Origin: Mobula hypostoma
Taxonomy: Eukaryota
Direction of reading: 5' to 3'
NCBI RefSeq assembly: GCF_963921235.1
Contig: NC_086097.1
Coordinates: forward strand, 231,448,001-231,512,000
Length of the DNA stretch: 64,000 nucleotides
Position numbers and translations under genes: made by a program. The notes beneath the pieces were generated by a model. The model worked only from the letters and a program-made list of their open reading frames with translations. It was not told the DNA's origin and searched no databases. Numbering within the stretch: the first letter of the stretch is position 1; each line of letters begins with the position of its first letter. Shown piece by piece: positions 28,340 to 42,851 of the stretch.

Positions 28340-28780
28340 TCTTTTGACCTTGGGTCCAAGTCCAGTGGTACAAGTAGACGACACGTCTGGGGTCTTCCTT
28401 GGTTGCAGTGGACAGCCATGAGTACTTCTGTGTCTCATTATGCCCTTCAGTCTCCTTAAAGCATTGCAGAACTACCTTCCTGGCTGTTGGATCTCACTGT
28501 TGATCTCATCCTCCCAGTCTCCCAGAGCTGACTTAGCACGCTAGGACAGGCCTGTTCTTATCTCACTGGGGTATGGGGCCTTCTGGCTACCTTCACGTGG
28601 TTTAGCCCCCTGTTGAAGCAGTTTATCAGGGTGTACCACTATCACATGCAAACAGCTACTTGAAGGCACAGATTGAGAGATGAGTGTCCAGTGGGGACCA
28701 AAAGTGATGAACTTCCCGCAGAATGGACACGACGAGCCCTTAAGCAGAGGTGCTACCCCTTCCTGGCCAGCTCATGAGCA
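28340..28780. repeat. Interspersed repeat of uncertain class; inverted relative at about 42400-42850
   Basis: GGGTCTTCCTTGGTTGCAGTGG...GGATCTCACTG is the reverse complement of the 42.6-42.7 kb sequence. Confidence 0.6.
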
Positions 28781-29639
28781 AATTATAGCCTCAATATAAC
28801 TAATATGGTGGTAGACTGCCAGTTGCTTGTGTGTAGGAGATAAAAAAAAAATTACAGAGTATGTCTTTCCTGTCACTGTCACTGTCTGAAGCATGCCACT
28901 GTATGATACGGTTGTTGGTAGATTTTTGACTCCAGAAGAACAGTTGATGATCGTTGGGAATTGTGTTCTTTTTGCTTATCGTGTATTTTTTTTATGTTGC
29001 ATCAGATCTGGAGTAACAATTGTTTGGTTCTCCTTTACATTGATGTCCTGATGAATGACAGTAGAATCTGCAGAGATCTATGTGAATCAGGCAAATGGTA
29101 AAACGTCTCCTCAGCCAAAGAAAAGAAGCTCTTACTGAGGAAACAAATCCTAAACCAGAAAATGTAATTTAAATTTAACATTAAATCGTACTATGAAAAT
29201 AAAGTTGTGACATTTATGGTGGTGCTGGACCAGCTGGAATTATATGGGAGAAATAAAATGTTAAAACAAAAAAGACATTTTAATTTTTATTTAAAATCTG
29301 AGGAAGGGGATTCCATGTTAATAGATGTTTATTACCAGTAGTAACTAAAGAAACACTTATGGACCCTAACCTTTCTTGAAATGTTTCACAGGTATCTAGA
29401 TGGTAAATACAGCACTGTCATATATTGCAGTCCCAAGCCTTCCAGTGCTGAGTCTGTCATCAAAGTATCAGTGTAGCGAAGTTTTGTGAAGAAGGAAGGT
29501 AAACCAGACAACAAATAACTGCGCATTGAAAAATAGCAGAAAATAATGCTCCAGTGCACTTCATAATATTGTTGACCACTGGTAGCCTCAAATTTATTCT
29601 TAATGTAAACTCCAGACCAATGTCTTTTGGAAAACAAAA

Positions 29640-32310
29640 GTTTGCAAGATTGAAGACTAAGCCCAAGGATCCAATAATTGACATCTTTCTAAGGAGGTCA
29701 ATAGATATTGTGAAAGCTCTGGATATCATCTAACAAAATTCAATAGGTTCCAGAATTATTCCTCTGAATTAGGAGATGGTTAATGTGATCCCACTAATAA
29801 AAAAGGGAGAGGAGGAAAATCTTACCTGTTAGCTTAACATCACTAGGAGGGGAAAATAGATGAGGGGCACCTATTTTGCAGTTTATTCCTTATTTATTCA
29901 TTCATTGAAAGTTAGTCATGGAATCATTAGCAAAGAGTAGAAGAAAAAACTGTTCTCTGATTAGCGGGTAGTGACTAGTGGGCACTTACTTGGGCCCTCA
30001 GCTATTAATAAGAAATCTCAACGATTTGGCTAAGATGGACTAAACAGCAACCTAGATTGTTTGTTGTTAGAAAGTGTAGAAGGTTGCAGGTTACAACAGG
30101 ACATTGATAGGATGCGGATCTGGGTGGAGGAGTGGCAGATGGCGTTCAGTCTGGAGAAGTGTGAAGTGGTACTCTTTGGAAGGTAAAGGCAGGATTCTTA
30201 GTAGCGTGATGGAACAGAGAGATCTTGCGGTTCTTATCCATAGATCCCTCAAAGTTACAGCACAAGTTGATAGAGTGCCTAAGAAGGCTTGTACTGAGTT
30301 GGGGGTTGATCTCATGAGTGATGAGGTAATGTTGCAGCTCTAAAACTCTGGTTAGAGTTGGAGTGTTGTGCTCAGTTTTGATTGCCTCATTACAGGAAGG
30401 ATGTGAAAGCTTTTGAGAGGTTGTAGAGATTTACCAGAATGTTACATGGATTAGAGAGCATGTCTTGTGAGTTAAGTTGGTGTGATCTAGGGCTTTTCTC
30501 TGGAACATAAGAGGATGTGAGGTGACTTATTATTTAGGATGATGTTTTGGGGCATTTGGAGGCAAGTGATAAAATAGTCCAAAGTCAGCATGGTTTCATT
30601 CAGGGGAAATCTTGTCTGACAAATCTGTTGCAAATCATTGAGGAAATAACAGGCAGGATAGACAAAGGAGAGTCATTGGATGTTGTTTACTTAGATTTTT
30701 CAGAAGACCTTTCACAAGGTGCTGTGTATGAGGCTGCTATACAAGAGCCCATGATATTTCAGGTGCCAGCATGATGGTGTCGCTTTACAGCGCCAGTGAC
30801 CCGGATTGATTTCCCACTACTGTCTCCACAGAGTTTGTATGTTCTCCCTGTGACCATGCAGCTCTCCTCCAGGTGCTCTGATTTCCTCCCACGGTCCAAA
30901 AATGTACTAGTTAGTGGATTAATTGGTGATTGTAAATTGTCCTGATGTTAAATAGGTGGGTTGTTGGGCAGTGCGGCTTGTTGGGCCGGAGGGCCTGTTC
31001 TGCACTTGTATCTCCAAATAAAGATTGGCTGACTGGCAGGAGGCAAAGAGTGAGAATAAAGGGGCCTCTTCTGGTTGACTGCCGGTGATTAGTGGTGTTC
31101 TGCAGGGATCTGTGTTGGGACCGCTTCTTTTTATGTTATATGTCAATGATGTGGGTGACAGAATTGATGGCTTTATGGTTAGGTTTGGAGACAATACAAA
31201 AATAGGTGAGGGGGCAGGTAGTGGTGAGGAAGTAGGGAGTCTGCAGGAGGACTTAGACAGATTGAGAGAATGAGCAAAGTAGTGGCAGATGGAATAGTGA
31301 ATGGAACAGTGCAGGGAAGTGTCTGGTCATGCACTTTGGTGGAAGAAATAAAAGTGTAGATTATTTTCTAAATGGGAAGGAAATTAAAAATTCAGAAGTG
31401 CAAAGGCACTTGGAAAGTTCCTTAAAGGTTAACATGCAGGTTGAGTTGGTGGTAAGGAAGGCAAATGCAATGTTTTCATGCATTTCAAGAGGACTGAAAT
31501 ATAAAAGTGAGGGTGTAATGCTGATGCTTTATGAGGCTTTAGTTAGATTGCACTTGGAATATTGTGAAGAGTTTTGGGCTCCTTATCTAAGAAAGGATGT
31601 GCTGGCATTTGGAGAGGGTCCAGAGGAGATTCATGAGAATGATTCCAGGGATGAAAGAGTTAACAATGAGGAGTGTTTGATGGCTCAGGTCCTGTACTTG
31701 TTGGAGTTGAGAATAATGAGGTGAGATTTAATTGAAACCGATCAAATATTGAAAAGCTGAGATAGAGTGGATGTGGAGAGGATGTTTTCTTTAGTGGGGG
31801 AGTCTATTTGCCAAGTCATCGGGTGTATTTAAAGTAAGGTTGATAGGTTCTGGATTAGTCAAGGTGTCAAAAGATATGGGGACAAGTCAGGCGAATGAGA
31901 TTGAGAGGGAAAATAAATCAGCCATGGTGGAGTGGATGGTACAGACCTGATGAGCCAAATGGCCTAATTCTGCTCCTATGTCTTATGGTTTTGTGATGTT
32001 AAGATGATAAAAAGAATAGATTGAATGGTTAGCTAGTGCCTTTCTCCCAGGGTGGCAATGCCTAATATGAGGGGGCTTAATTTTAAGGTGATTGGAGGAA
32101 AGTATAGGGTGGATGTCAGAAGTAAAGTGGTAACTTTTACACAGAGTGGTAACTTCATGGACCATACTGCCTGGTTTGGTGGTAGAACCATATACATTAG
32201 GGTCATTTAAGAGACCCTTAGATTGGCACATGGATGAAAGAAAAATGGAGGGCTATGTGAAAGAGTTAGATTCTTCTCTTAGGTTAAGTGGATAGTACTG
32301 TGCTGTAATG
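29640..32310 (+). mobile_element. Cluster of nested, degenerate CR1 LINE fragments
   Basis: QHGFIQGKSCLTNLL, SGVLQGSVLGPLLF, LYEALVRLHLEYC fragments; several CR1 3' ends. Confidence 0.82.
30765..31022 (+). mobile_element. tRNA-derived V-SINE/HE1-like SINE nested in CR1
   Basis: tRNA-like head, core GAGTTTGTATGTTCTCCCTGTGACC...TTTCCTCCCAC, tail AAATAAA. Confidence 0.7.
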
Positions 32311-33317
32311 TCGTATATTCTACTTTCTGTATATTGAGAACTGAGTAATAAGGGAACAATGCAGAAAATAGGCATGAAATTTGAAGAACCCAGGTATGGG
32401 GTGAAAGGGCCAGATAGTTCCTTTCTGCTCCCATTTCTCAGAAAAAATTGATGAGTATCAATAAGTTAGGAAACAGTGCAGGTCTGTAACTCCAATCTTG
32501 TAATTGTGCTAAGGTTTGTGGCAACCTGTGAATAAATGTATATAATTTTTAAGAATCATGAGTTTTTTGACAGATCATTGATGTACTTAAATGCAAATAA
32601 GTTTGGATCAGTTTGGACTGCCAAAATGTCGATGAATTTTTAAATGGTGAACTGAGAGAAAGTGTGATTGGGTGAAGTTACTATTATGTGATGGTTAATT
32701 ACTAAAAAAAAGGCGATTGGGTATTAGCCTTTTTATCTGGAGACTTGAAAGATTAACAGGAGCTTTTCCAATAAAGTGATAATTGGATCACAGCAAGAAT
32801 TGTTCACCATTCTGGCATCTCAGCCGGAAGAAATCCATCTGAGATTTACCAGAATTTTGCCAGCTTCAGTTAGGATGAGAGAAGACATAAATTAGGTTTG
32901 TGTTCCTTTGAATCTCAAGTGATGGTATACACTTTTGGAAAAAATTAATTATGGTTTGGATAAAAGCTTTCTTGTGTTCCTGAGGCTGTACAGAACAAGG
33001 GCATAGAAGCTTAAAAACAATGTTTGGAGAGAAGTTAAGACAATTTTTTATGCAAAGAACATTTACAAAGCATTTGTTTTAAATGCTACATCAGTGTATT
33101 GCAAATTTCAAATTGATTTCATTTGATCGCTAATGCAGCATCAAGAAAATATGTGAAATCTCAAAAAGATCCTTCAGTGAGAGCGATATGTGTGGTACCC
33201 CACCAGTGGCAAGAGATACTGCTGAAATACACCAAAGATGAAATTTGTGCATGAAATGCACTGACCTTGGATAGCGCTACTTGACCAAAGATGATAGTTA
33301 TTGAACCCAAACAAGAG

Positions 33318-33445
33318 ATAATCTGCAGATGCCGGAAATCCAAACAACACACACAAAATGCTGGCGGATCTCAGCAGGCCAGGCAGCGTCTATGGGGGAA
33401 AGATGTATAATTGACATTTTGGGCCAAGACCCGTTGGCAGGAGTC
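33318..33445. mobile_element. Penelope-like terminal-repeat fragment
   Basis: AATCTGCAGATGCCGGAAATCCAAACAACACACACAAAATGCTGG...; degenerate hammerhead region. Confidence 0.65.
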
Positions 33446-33788
33446 AGATGGCTAGAGCCCAGTGGACAAGTGGCTTTCTTGGGGAAGCCATATATGACAT
33501 TCCTATTGGTCTGAATGCTAGAGGCAGAGACAATGGTGAACAGGCATTAAGGACACAGATGTTTGGGAAAGCAGTAATGGAGATTGTAGTTTTAACATAT
33601 CCAGTGTACATGACCACACGGTACAGTGATGTTTCTGATTAGTCAAAAGTACAATAACTATTGTATACAGTCAGTAACCATTTTAATTGGCAATTTTGAA
33701 GTAATTATGCAGAAATCCAATAGACATTTTATCCTCATGAAAAACACACGATAGGAAGCCATTTGGCCCATTGAGTGTGTACTTCATA

Positions 33789-35326
33789 CAATACCTATAA
33801 AAAGTATTCACAGCCCCTTGGAAGTTTCAATATTTTACTGTTTTACAAACATTGAATCACAGTGGATTTAATTCAGCTTTTTTGACACTGATCAACAGAA
33901 AAAGACTTTGCTGTCAATGTGAAAACATATCTCTACAAATATGAAACACAAAATAATTAACTGCTTAAGTATTCACTCCCTTTGATATGACATACCAGAT
34001 CATCAGTGGTGTAGCCAATTGGTTTTAGAAGCCACATAATTAATTAAATGGAGATCTGTGTGCGTTTCAATTGAATGTGGTAGAAATACACCCGTCTCTG
34101 GGAGGTCCAGTTGCTGGTGAGTCAGTATCCTGGCAAAAACTAGACCTTGAAGACAAAAGAACATCCAGGCAACTCCACGAAAAGGTTGTTGAAAAAACAC
34201 AAGTCAGGAGATGAGTACAAGAAAATTTCCAAGTCACTGTATATCACTTGGAGTACGGATAAGTCAATCAGCAAGCAATGGAAATAATATGGTACAGCTT
34301 TAAATTTGCTTAGAGGAGGCCGTCCTCAAAAACGGAGTGAGCATGCAAGAAGGGCACTAGTGAGGGAGGCCACCGAGAGACCTATGACAACTCTGGAGGA
34401 GTGGCTGAGATAGGCATAGAACAACTGTTGCCCAGATGCTTCACCATTTCCAGCTTTATGGGAGAGTGGCAAAGTGAAAGCTACTATGGGGGGAAAAAAT
34501 ACTCACATGGAATCTTGGCTAGAGTTTGCCAGAAGGCCTTTGAATTCAGCTGGAAGAAGTTTCTTATGGTCTGATGAAACCAAAATTGAGCTTTTTGGTC
34601 ATCAGACTAAATGATCATCAAAAACCCACCATACCTACCACGAAGCATGGTGGTAGCTGCATCATGCTGTGGGGATACTTCACTGCAGCAGGCCCTGGAA
34701 AGCTTGTGAAGGAGAAGGGTAAAATGAATGCTGCAAAATATGGGGAAATCCTGAAGGAAAACCTAATGCTGTCTGCAAGAGAACTGTGACTTGGAAGGAG
34801 ATTTATTTTCCAGCAAGACAATGACCCCAGGCATGAAGCTAAAGCTACACAGGGATGGCTTAAAAACAACAAAGTTAATGTCTTGGAGTGGCCAAGTCAG
34901 AGTCCAGACCTCAATCCAATTGAGAATTTGTGGCTGGACTTGAAAAGGGCTGTTCACTCACTTGCCCCATGCAATCTGACAGAGATTGAGCAGTTTTGTA
35001 AAGAAGAATGGGGGGGAAATTGCAGTGTCCAGATGTGCAATGCTGATAGAGACCTATCTACACGGATTCAAGGCTGTAATTGCTGCCAAAGATGCATCTA
35101 CTAAATACTGACTTGAAGGGGGTGAGTAATTATGCAATCAATTATTTTGTGTTTAAAAGTTGTAATAAATTTCTACCAATTTGTAGAAATTTGTTTTCAC
35201 TTTGACACGAGTCTTTCCCTGTTCATCAGTGTCAAAAAAGCCAAATTAAATGCACTGTGATTCAATTTTGTAAAATAATAATATGTGAAAACTTCCAAAT
35301 GGAATGAACGCTTTTTATAGGCACTG
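33789..35326 (+). mobile_element. Near full-length degenerate Tc1 transposon with long TIRs (about 200 bp)
   Basis: Starts TA|CAATACCTATAAAAAG, ends [38 protein letters not shown] catalytic motifs; stops and frameshifts. Confidence 0.9.
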
Positions 35327-36327
35327 ATTTTGAATCTGAACCCCAAAGCTTTGTATTTTAACCTATCTGCTCATGAAGACAATGACATGTCTTTATGCCT
35401 TGTATTCAGTGGTATGTATCTATTCTTACCAGATTTAATCCCTAATGGTATAATTTATGAAGCAAAATTTTTTTTCATTTTATTGGTCCAAACTGGTCAG
35501 TATATTTCTTGCCATCAATGTTCCACTTAATATTATTCTCTAAATTATTCTGTGTAAGCCATGTTTCTTCCGTAGTTAGCTAAATTTAATCAATATTTTT
35601 TCCCTTTGTATCATTTGTTTTTTTTTCCCTTTCCAATCAATAAAGCTAACAAGAAAATTGGTCCTTTTTTCGGTGTTTCTACTAACACACAGAGAAACGA
35701 GGGCACCTGAGAGAAATGCGTGCAGTTGCAGGGATTGCTGCTTTATAGTGATTCAGAAGTTTCTTGAAGGTATCACACAAACTTCTCCTTTTACTGCTGG
35801 CCAAATTTTATCAACATTCTGCCTCATGGAAATGGTAATGTGCGTCACTAATTACCCAATTATTTCCATATACATTTGAGCTTGCATATTTTCTTCTTTT
35901 AATTTAAGCTATTAGTTAATCTTTAAAAGGATTCACTATATTCCCGTATACTTATTTCATTGGCTCAATCCATAAGTAGGTCAAATAAAAAATATATACA
36001 GGGTAATAAACTTGTAGTTTAATTAATTTTCCTTTCTTTGAAAGAAGGCATTGATAGAATAAACTAAGTAGGGTGTATTGCAGAGATCCAGATCTATTTT
36101 AGTTTGACCTTTAAACTCCATTGAGAGCATCTATCCAGAACAATCATGAATTTTTAATTTTGCTTTAGTCGCAAATGACTAGGTGTCACCTGTTGGAAAT
36201 GTTGGAGGAACACTCAACAAATGGACAGAATGTACAGCAATTGAAGAAGTATTAATTGCAGTGTTTTAAAAGGCCTTTTGGCAGTACAGTAAAGAGTTTC
36301 TTTGCGTTGTTTATTGTGTTTTTTTAA

Positions 36328-36567
<240 letters not shown>

Positions 36568-37415
36568 TAAAAATTTATGATGTACCATTTCATTTCACCG
36601 CTTGGTATTTATGGTGGAACTGTTACAATTAGTCAATAATACTAAAACTAATATTGATTTAAAAAAAATATAAAAGTTCAAGTAGATTTAAAAACATTCA
36701 TTATCATTATTTATAACTGCTGATCAAAAATAGTATTGATTGACTATGGCCAGAAATGTTATCCACAGAGAAATTAAAAATGAAGTTCTTTATAAACATT
36801 TGTTTAATCCTTATATGGGACTTCAATTTATTCCATCATTTTATATAGAAGCAAATTGTAGGTATATTAAGTGCGATTTTACACATTGTCTACACTTGCA
36901 TTAGTTTTAACTTCATTTTACAGTTAAGCAGTCTCTGAATATAAATGAAAATTGCATGGCTGCATTGGAAGTTTATTTTACATTTTTAAATTATAGTAAA
37001 TGCTTTCATGATACCTCTGGAAAAGATTCTATAATTCTCTAATTTGACAATTTATTGAGAATTAGGTGATCGTAAAAAATTTAGTTTATATTGGGAATTT
37101 TGTGAACAAATTGCTTTTGAATATATTAACTTCTGAGACATTATTCAGCAAAATACCGTTAAAAGTAAAGAGATGTCACTTAATAAATTTTCGATAGTTC
37201 TATGTTCTTGGACATTATAAACTACATTGAAAAGCATATATTTTTGTTATTTGTTTTTATGAGGGAAAAACTGTCTATATTTTTAGCACTTAAGTATTCT
37301 TTGAAGATAATATCTTTACAGAGATGTACTTGTACTGTTTCTATGATCTTGTTTCTGCTTTGCCTCCAAAGCACCTGTAAATACTGAATACAAAACTCTC
37401 TTAATATTTCTACAG

Positions 37416-37567
37416 GACTCTGAAGGTGACACACCTCTTCATGATGCAATAAGCAAAAAAAGGGACGATATGCTCTCGGTGCTGCTTGAATCAGGAGCAG
37501 ATGTAACGATCACTAACAACAATGGTTTCAATGCTCTTCATCACGCTGCTCTGCGAGGAAATCCTAG
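37416..37567 (+). CDS. mib1: Mind bomb 1 coding exon (exon 12 equivalent), [50 protein letters not shown](S), ankyrin repeats
   Basis: ttctacAG|GAC...CCT AG|GTatgg; 152 bp, phase 0/2; the next exon (AMRVLLSKLPRPW...) was not found before the window end. Confidence 0.97.
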
Positions 37568-37816
37568 GTATGGTTCAAATATTATTTAAATTCCTGGAAA
37601 AATACTATATAATTTGTTGCTTGATAATTTTCCAATGTTCTTGGTTACTTATTATGTTGGGAGTGTGCTTTACTGGAATACTTTGAAGTCACTCCCATGT
37701 TATGAAAAGCTTTTATAAAACAACCATATTTATCTGCTCTGCTTGTAAATGTTTTTAAGCAAATGATGTACCATGATTTATTTGTCACATAGTTTTATGC
37801 GTGGTATCACCCAGTT

Positions 37817-38966
37817 CAGTGGTCCCCAACCACCAGGCCGCGGACCGGTACCGGGCCGCAAGGAAACGGTATGATTTGGCGATATGAGTCAGCTGCACCT
37901 TTCCTCATTCCCTGTCACGCCCACTGTTGAACTTGAACACACGCAAGGTCATCAGTGACCCAAGACGCAAATGACTTAAGACATGCAAAGGAATGGGTCT
38001 GTGACCCATCTGTGAATGTCCCCGGTGAATCATCCACATCAGCGCGGGAAGAAGATGAACTCCTCGAGCTTGCAAATGATGGTGGGCTGAAAAGTATGTT
38101 TGACATAACATCTCTGCCGGTATTCTGGATCAAACTCAAGGCTGAATATCCTGAGATAGCCACGAAAGCACTGAAAACGTTGCTTCCATTTCCAACATAT
38201 CGCTGCGAAGCGGAGTTTTCTGCAATGAACGCAACGAAAACTAAATTGCGGAATAGACTGGACATAGGAACCCCCTTTGAGTATCACTGCCTCCCATCAC
38301 CCCTCGATGGGACCGTCTTGTTGCAGGAAGACAAGCCCAGGGCTCCCACTGATTCAGCGATATTGGTGTGTTGCAATGATTTTAAATGTTCATACGAGGA
38401 AAATATGCGCTGTGTGTTTAACATCCAAACGTTACTTAAAATGTTATAATGCTATTGACTATAAGTGACTTATAATTCAGTGGTCCCCAGCCTCTGGGCC
38501 GCGAAGAATGCAGCAGTAGCCAGAACGCACCCAACACACCTTTAAGAAAAAAGCTGAAATAAACAAGCTAATTAATTACGTGCCGGGCAGCACCTAATCA
38601 ATTAGCTTGTTTATTTCGGCTTTTTTCTGAAAGATGTGCTGGGTTTGTTCCGGCCACCGCTGTACCGCTGCATTCTTTGCAGCAATGTATCGGTCCGCAG
38701 CCCGGAGGTTTGGGACCACTGTTATAATTGACTTAACGCCATATTCATGCGAGGAAAATATGTGCTGTGTGTTTAATATTAAATTCATTAGATAAACTCC
38801 TTTAGAAACGAAATTGAGTGATTAGGCACTTATAAGTGACTTATCACCTATATTCTGGTCGTGATTAACACCTACCCTACCCCCCTCCCCCCCATGGTCG
38901 GCTGGTCCACAAGAATATTTTCAATATTAAACCGGTCCGCGATGCATAAAAGGTTGGGGACCTCTG
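37817..38966 (+). mobile_element. Non-autonomous hAT (Charlie/Buster-like) transposon
   Basis: TIRs CAGTGGTCCCCAACC / GGTTGGGGACCTCTG; perfect 8-bp TSD ACCCAGTT (37809-37816, 38967-38974); dimerisation-domain remnant FWIKLKAEYPEIATKALKTLLPFPT.Y.CE..FS. Confidence 0.92.
38478..38721. mobile_element. Palindromic hAT MITE nested in the hAT element
   Basis: CAGTGGTCCCCAGCCT...AGGTTTGGGACCACTG; perfect 8-bp TSD TTATAATT (38470-38477, 38722-38729). Confidence 0.9.
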
Positions 38967-39759
38967 ACCCAGTTTGTTAATGATGACAAAATCTGGTGGG
39001 AATTAGAATGTGCACGTACTGAATTTACAGTATCTGTAGAACTTGTTCCTGAAGCTCCACCTCAGCTAAAAAAGTTGGTGGGTTGTGACTACAACTTTTA
39101 ATTAATTAAATTTGTAATGCCCATACTTTTTTTTTAATCTCTTATAATCTGCTCTTTTCTCGTAGTTGGGTAGTTCATTGCCTATTTTAAATGACTTCGT
39201 AAATTCTTCAAATTCTTACCACCATTACTGATTCATGATTGTATTAGAAGCAAATGTTAAATGACGTGCCTTAATTTTTTTCTCCATCTACTTTTGTAGG
39301 TGGATAAGATCATTTGAGACATTAACGTATCTTGCACTTGTGAATGAGAGAACAATAGAATTATTCTGTATTAATTTTTGTTGCGCTATTTAGAACTAGT
39401 AGGATATGGGAAGAAATAGCTGTGGCAAAACAAAACCTGAAGGTTGTGAACAATAATATAGGCATAAACTAGAAACAAAACTCGTGTATCAACTCTATGT
39501 ATTGTCATCGAGTTACACCAGTTGTAAATTGTGGATTGTAAACCATTGGTAAAAGATGGCTCTATATCTCCTTTCTGTCAAAGTGGAATCCATTGGATGA
39601 ATATAGAAGGTCAATCTGAAAGCTTTCAACCATTTTCAACCGGAATTGCAAAATGGATTCTAATTCATTTGTATCATCTCTGAAATCGCTGTTCAAACAA
39701 TTTGTTTTTGGCCGACACAGTATATGAAAATTGGCTGGATGTGCAGGATTTTTAAAACA

Positions 39760-40052
39760 TTTATTTAGAGATGCTGTGCAGAATAGGCCCTAACGGCCTT
39801 TTGAGCCGCACTGCCCAGCAACCCCCGACAACTGTGATTTAACCCTAACCTAATCACGGGACAATTTACAATAACTATTTAGCCTGGTACGTCTTTGGAA
39901 TGTGAGAGAAAACTGGAGGACCTGCAGAAAACCCACGCATTCTACGCGGAGGATATACAGAGACTCCTTACAGAGGATGCCTGGATTGAACTCTGAACTC
40001 CACCCTGAGCTATAATAGCGTCACGCTAACTGCTACGCTACCATGGCACCCG
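39760..40052 (-). mobile_element. V-SINE/HE1-like SINE
   Basis: Reverse-complement similarity to 30765-31022; tRNA-like head GGTAGCGTAGCAGTTAGCGTGACGCTATTATAG. Confidence 0.72.
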
Positions 40053-40446
40053 CTGCCTGTCTAACCTGGGATGCCATCCAGGTGTCCTGAAGTACTAAAG
40101 ACTTGCACTCCAGAATCTAGCTAGAAACTGTTACAGTACACTGCAGTACTGGTATTTAACAGACAATGTGGAAAATTGCCTAGGCAAGTTCTGTTCAGAA
40201 ATAAGAGGACAAATCCAATTTGTCCAATTAGTACTCTTCTCATTCTCATCTTAGACTGTGATTTTTGGATTAGGTTTGCTGACTTCCACTGTAGGTCTAT
40301 TGGTTTTGAGGGGACAATAGATAGTGTTGACTTGTAGATTTTGCTACGGAAAATGCTTTGTAGGTCAAGTGGGTGGATGTTTAGGGAGGTGGTATATTAC
40401 TTTTGCCTTCTATGCTGATCTTCTGTATGGTCTTTATGCATGGAAC

Positions 40447-41592
40447 TTAGAAACATAGAAAACCTACAGCACAATACAGGCCCTTCAGCCCACAAAGCTG
40501 TGCCAAACATGTCCTTACCTTAGAAATTATGATGATTGTGAAGACACGTAGTCCTCTTTTATTGTCATTTAGTAATGCATGCATTAAGAAATGATACATT
40601 ATTTCCTCTGGTGTGATATCACAAAACACAGGACAAACCAAGACTGAAAAAACTGACAAAACCACATAATTATAACATATAGTTACAAAACAGTGCAACA
40701 ATATCATAACTTGATGAAGAAGTCCGTGAGCACAGTAAAGTTCAAAGTTTCTCAAATGTCCCACATCTCACGCAGATGGGAGAAGGAAGAAAATCTCTCC
40801 CTGTCATGCCGACCACAATCCGACTCTGAGTCATCCGAAAACTTCAAGCTCTGATCAGCTGTCCGACACAGAGTACTGAGCGCCATCTGTGTCCGAACGA
40901 TTCAACAACCTCCTCGGTCACCAAAAGCAGGCAAGGCCGGGGATTTTGAGGCTTACCCTCTGAAAGATTCACGAGCACACAGTTACGACAGCAGCGAACG
41001 GGCGTTTCAGAAATTTCTCCAGATGTTCCTCTGTGCTTTCACGGCCATTCTCCATCAAATCAGAATGGTCCACGGCCCCTATTTAACAGATACAATATTA
41101 TTTTCACTGGAGAGCTGTGCACGTGTGGCGCGCTGCCATCTTCTCCTCCCGCCGATAGGGAGACTGAATTACCTAGAATTACCCATAGCCCTCTATTTTT
41201 CTAAGCTCTATGTACCTATCCAGGAGTCTCTTAAAAGACCCTGTTGTATCCACCTCCACCACTGTCGTCGGTAGCCCATTCCATGCACTCACCACCCTCT
41301 AGATTTAAAAAAAAACTTGCCCCTGACATCTCCTCTGTACCTACTTCCAAGGACCTTAAAACTGTGCCCTCTCATGCTAGCCCTGGGAAAAAGCCTCTGA
41401 CTATCCATATGATCAGTGCCTCTTATCATCCTATACACCTCTATCAGGTCACCTCTCATCCTCCATTGCTCCAAGGAGAAGAGGCCGAGTTCACACAACC
41501 AATTATCATCAGGCATGCTCCCCAATCCAGGCAATCCTTGTAAATCTCCTGTGCACCCTTTCTATGGTTTCTACGTCCTTCCTGTAGTGAGG
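40447..41592 (-). mobile_element. CR1 3' end with a nested, Rex-like non-autonomous element of about 640 bp (about 40528-41165)
   Basis: CR1 3' UTR ...CCTTAGAAATTA resumes as AATTACCTAGAATTACCCATAGCCC after the insert; RMRGDLIEVYRMIRG peptide. Confidence 0.75.
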
Positions 41593-42399
41593 AAGGATGA
41601 ACTTGGTTCATGATATCACTTTAAATGTTCCTTCTCTTTGTTTAGTCACGACCTGGGTGTTTCCAGGGGTTGTAGCAATTCTTTCATGGATGTTTTTAAA
41701 GGATTTTTAATTCTTTTACTCTCCCCATCTAGTAATCTCTTGTCAAAGGCTGCAAATGACTTGGGAGCTCAGTGCTGGGAACTTGGCCTGGCATAGGATA
41801 TTGACACTGGTTTGCGTATTTGCAAACGGATTTGAAGTATTTTGTCATGTGGTGTTACCTCTGCAGTTGCTTCAAATGCCTGATACAGGTAGTTTGTATC
41901 TTGAGGAAAATAGGAAGGCAGGGATCACTGCTGCCCAGAGTTATGTGCTGGGTTAAGATATTAATTTTCAAAGAACTTTTTCCTGAGACCGAATATTGCT
42001 GTGAAGTTGATGGTATCATTCACAATGCTGTCAATTAACCAATAACTTGTTCACTGATGTTGCTTGAATTTTGCGCAAGTACACTGCTCCAGACCTCGTT
42101 TCAGTCTTAGTCAATGCATGAACAGAAGTGCTAAATTCCAAAGGTTAAGGTTACTGCCTTTGACATTAGTGAAGTGTTTGACTGATTGTCACATCAATGG
42201 GGCTGATCTAAAGTAAAGTAAAAGGAAATTTGGAGAAAAGCAGTGATTTTTAGTGAGAAATTAGTAGGAATTCAGAGCTGTTTTGCTCACTGCTGTTTCA
42301 AGTATTCAGACATAGAAATGCCAGAAACGGGCGGAGGTGAAAATGAAACGATTTCACTACTCTAAGTTAGGACCTACGAAGAAGTTATCATCAACCATA

Positions 42400-42850
42400 T
42401 TGAATGTTACCTTTGGACTCCACTGTACACAGCTCTCATCTTTGACTCCAAGTAGCTGTTTGCATGTGACAGCGGCCACAGCCCAGTATAGTGTTTTGAC
42501 AAGCGGGCCAAACCGGGTGAGATTAGCTGCTGGGTTTCATACCCTGGTGAGATAGGGACGTGCATGTCCTAACGTGCAAAGTCATCTCCTCTGGTCTGGG
42601 CGGATGAGATGTACAGTGAGATCCAATGGCCAGGAAAACAGTTCTGCAATGCTCCGTGGAGAGCAAAGGGCAAGACTAGGCTCAGAAGAATTAGTCATCC
42701 ACTGCAGCCAGGGAAGACCCCAGTTGTGATGTCTAATCATACCACACATTCCAAGGTCGGGAGAGTGGACTGCGCCAATGTAATGGATTTTCCACTTTAA
42801 ATATACTCCCAAGAAGGGTTCCTGTCATTGTCGAATATAGCAGATACACA
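42400..42850. repeat. Interspersed repeat, same family as 28340-28780, opposite orientation
   Basis: Reverse-complement similarity seen by eye. Confidence 0.55.
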
Positions 42851-42851
42851 C

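Noticed and set aside
37955..38449. 164-aa ORF as a domesticated ZBED/Buster gene
   Set aside because: Only a short C-terminal remnant that frameshifts, lying between TIRs and TSDs of a non-autonomous element.
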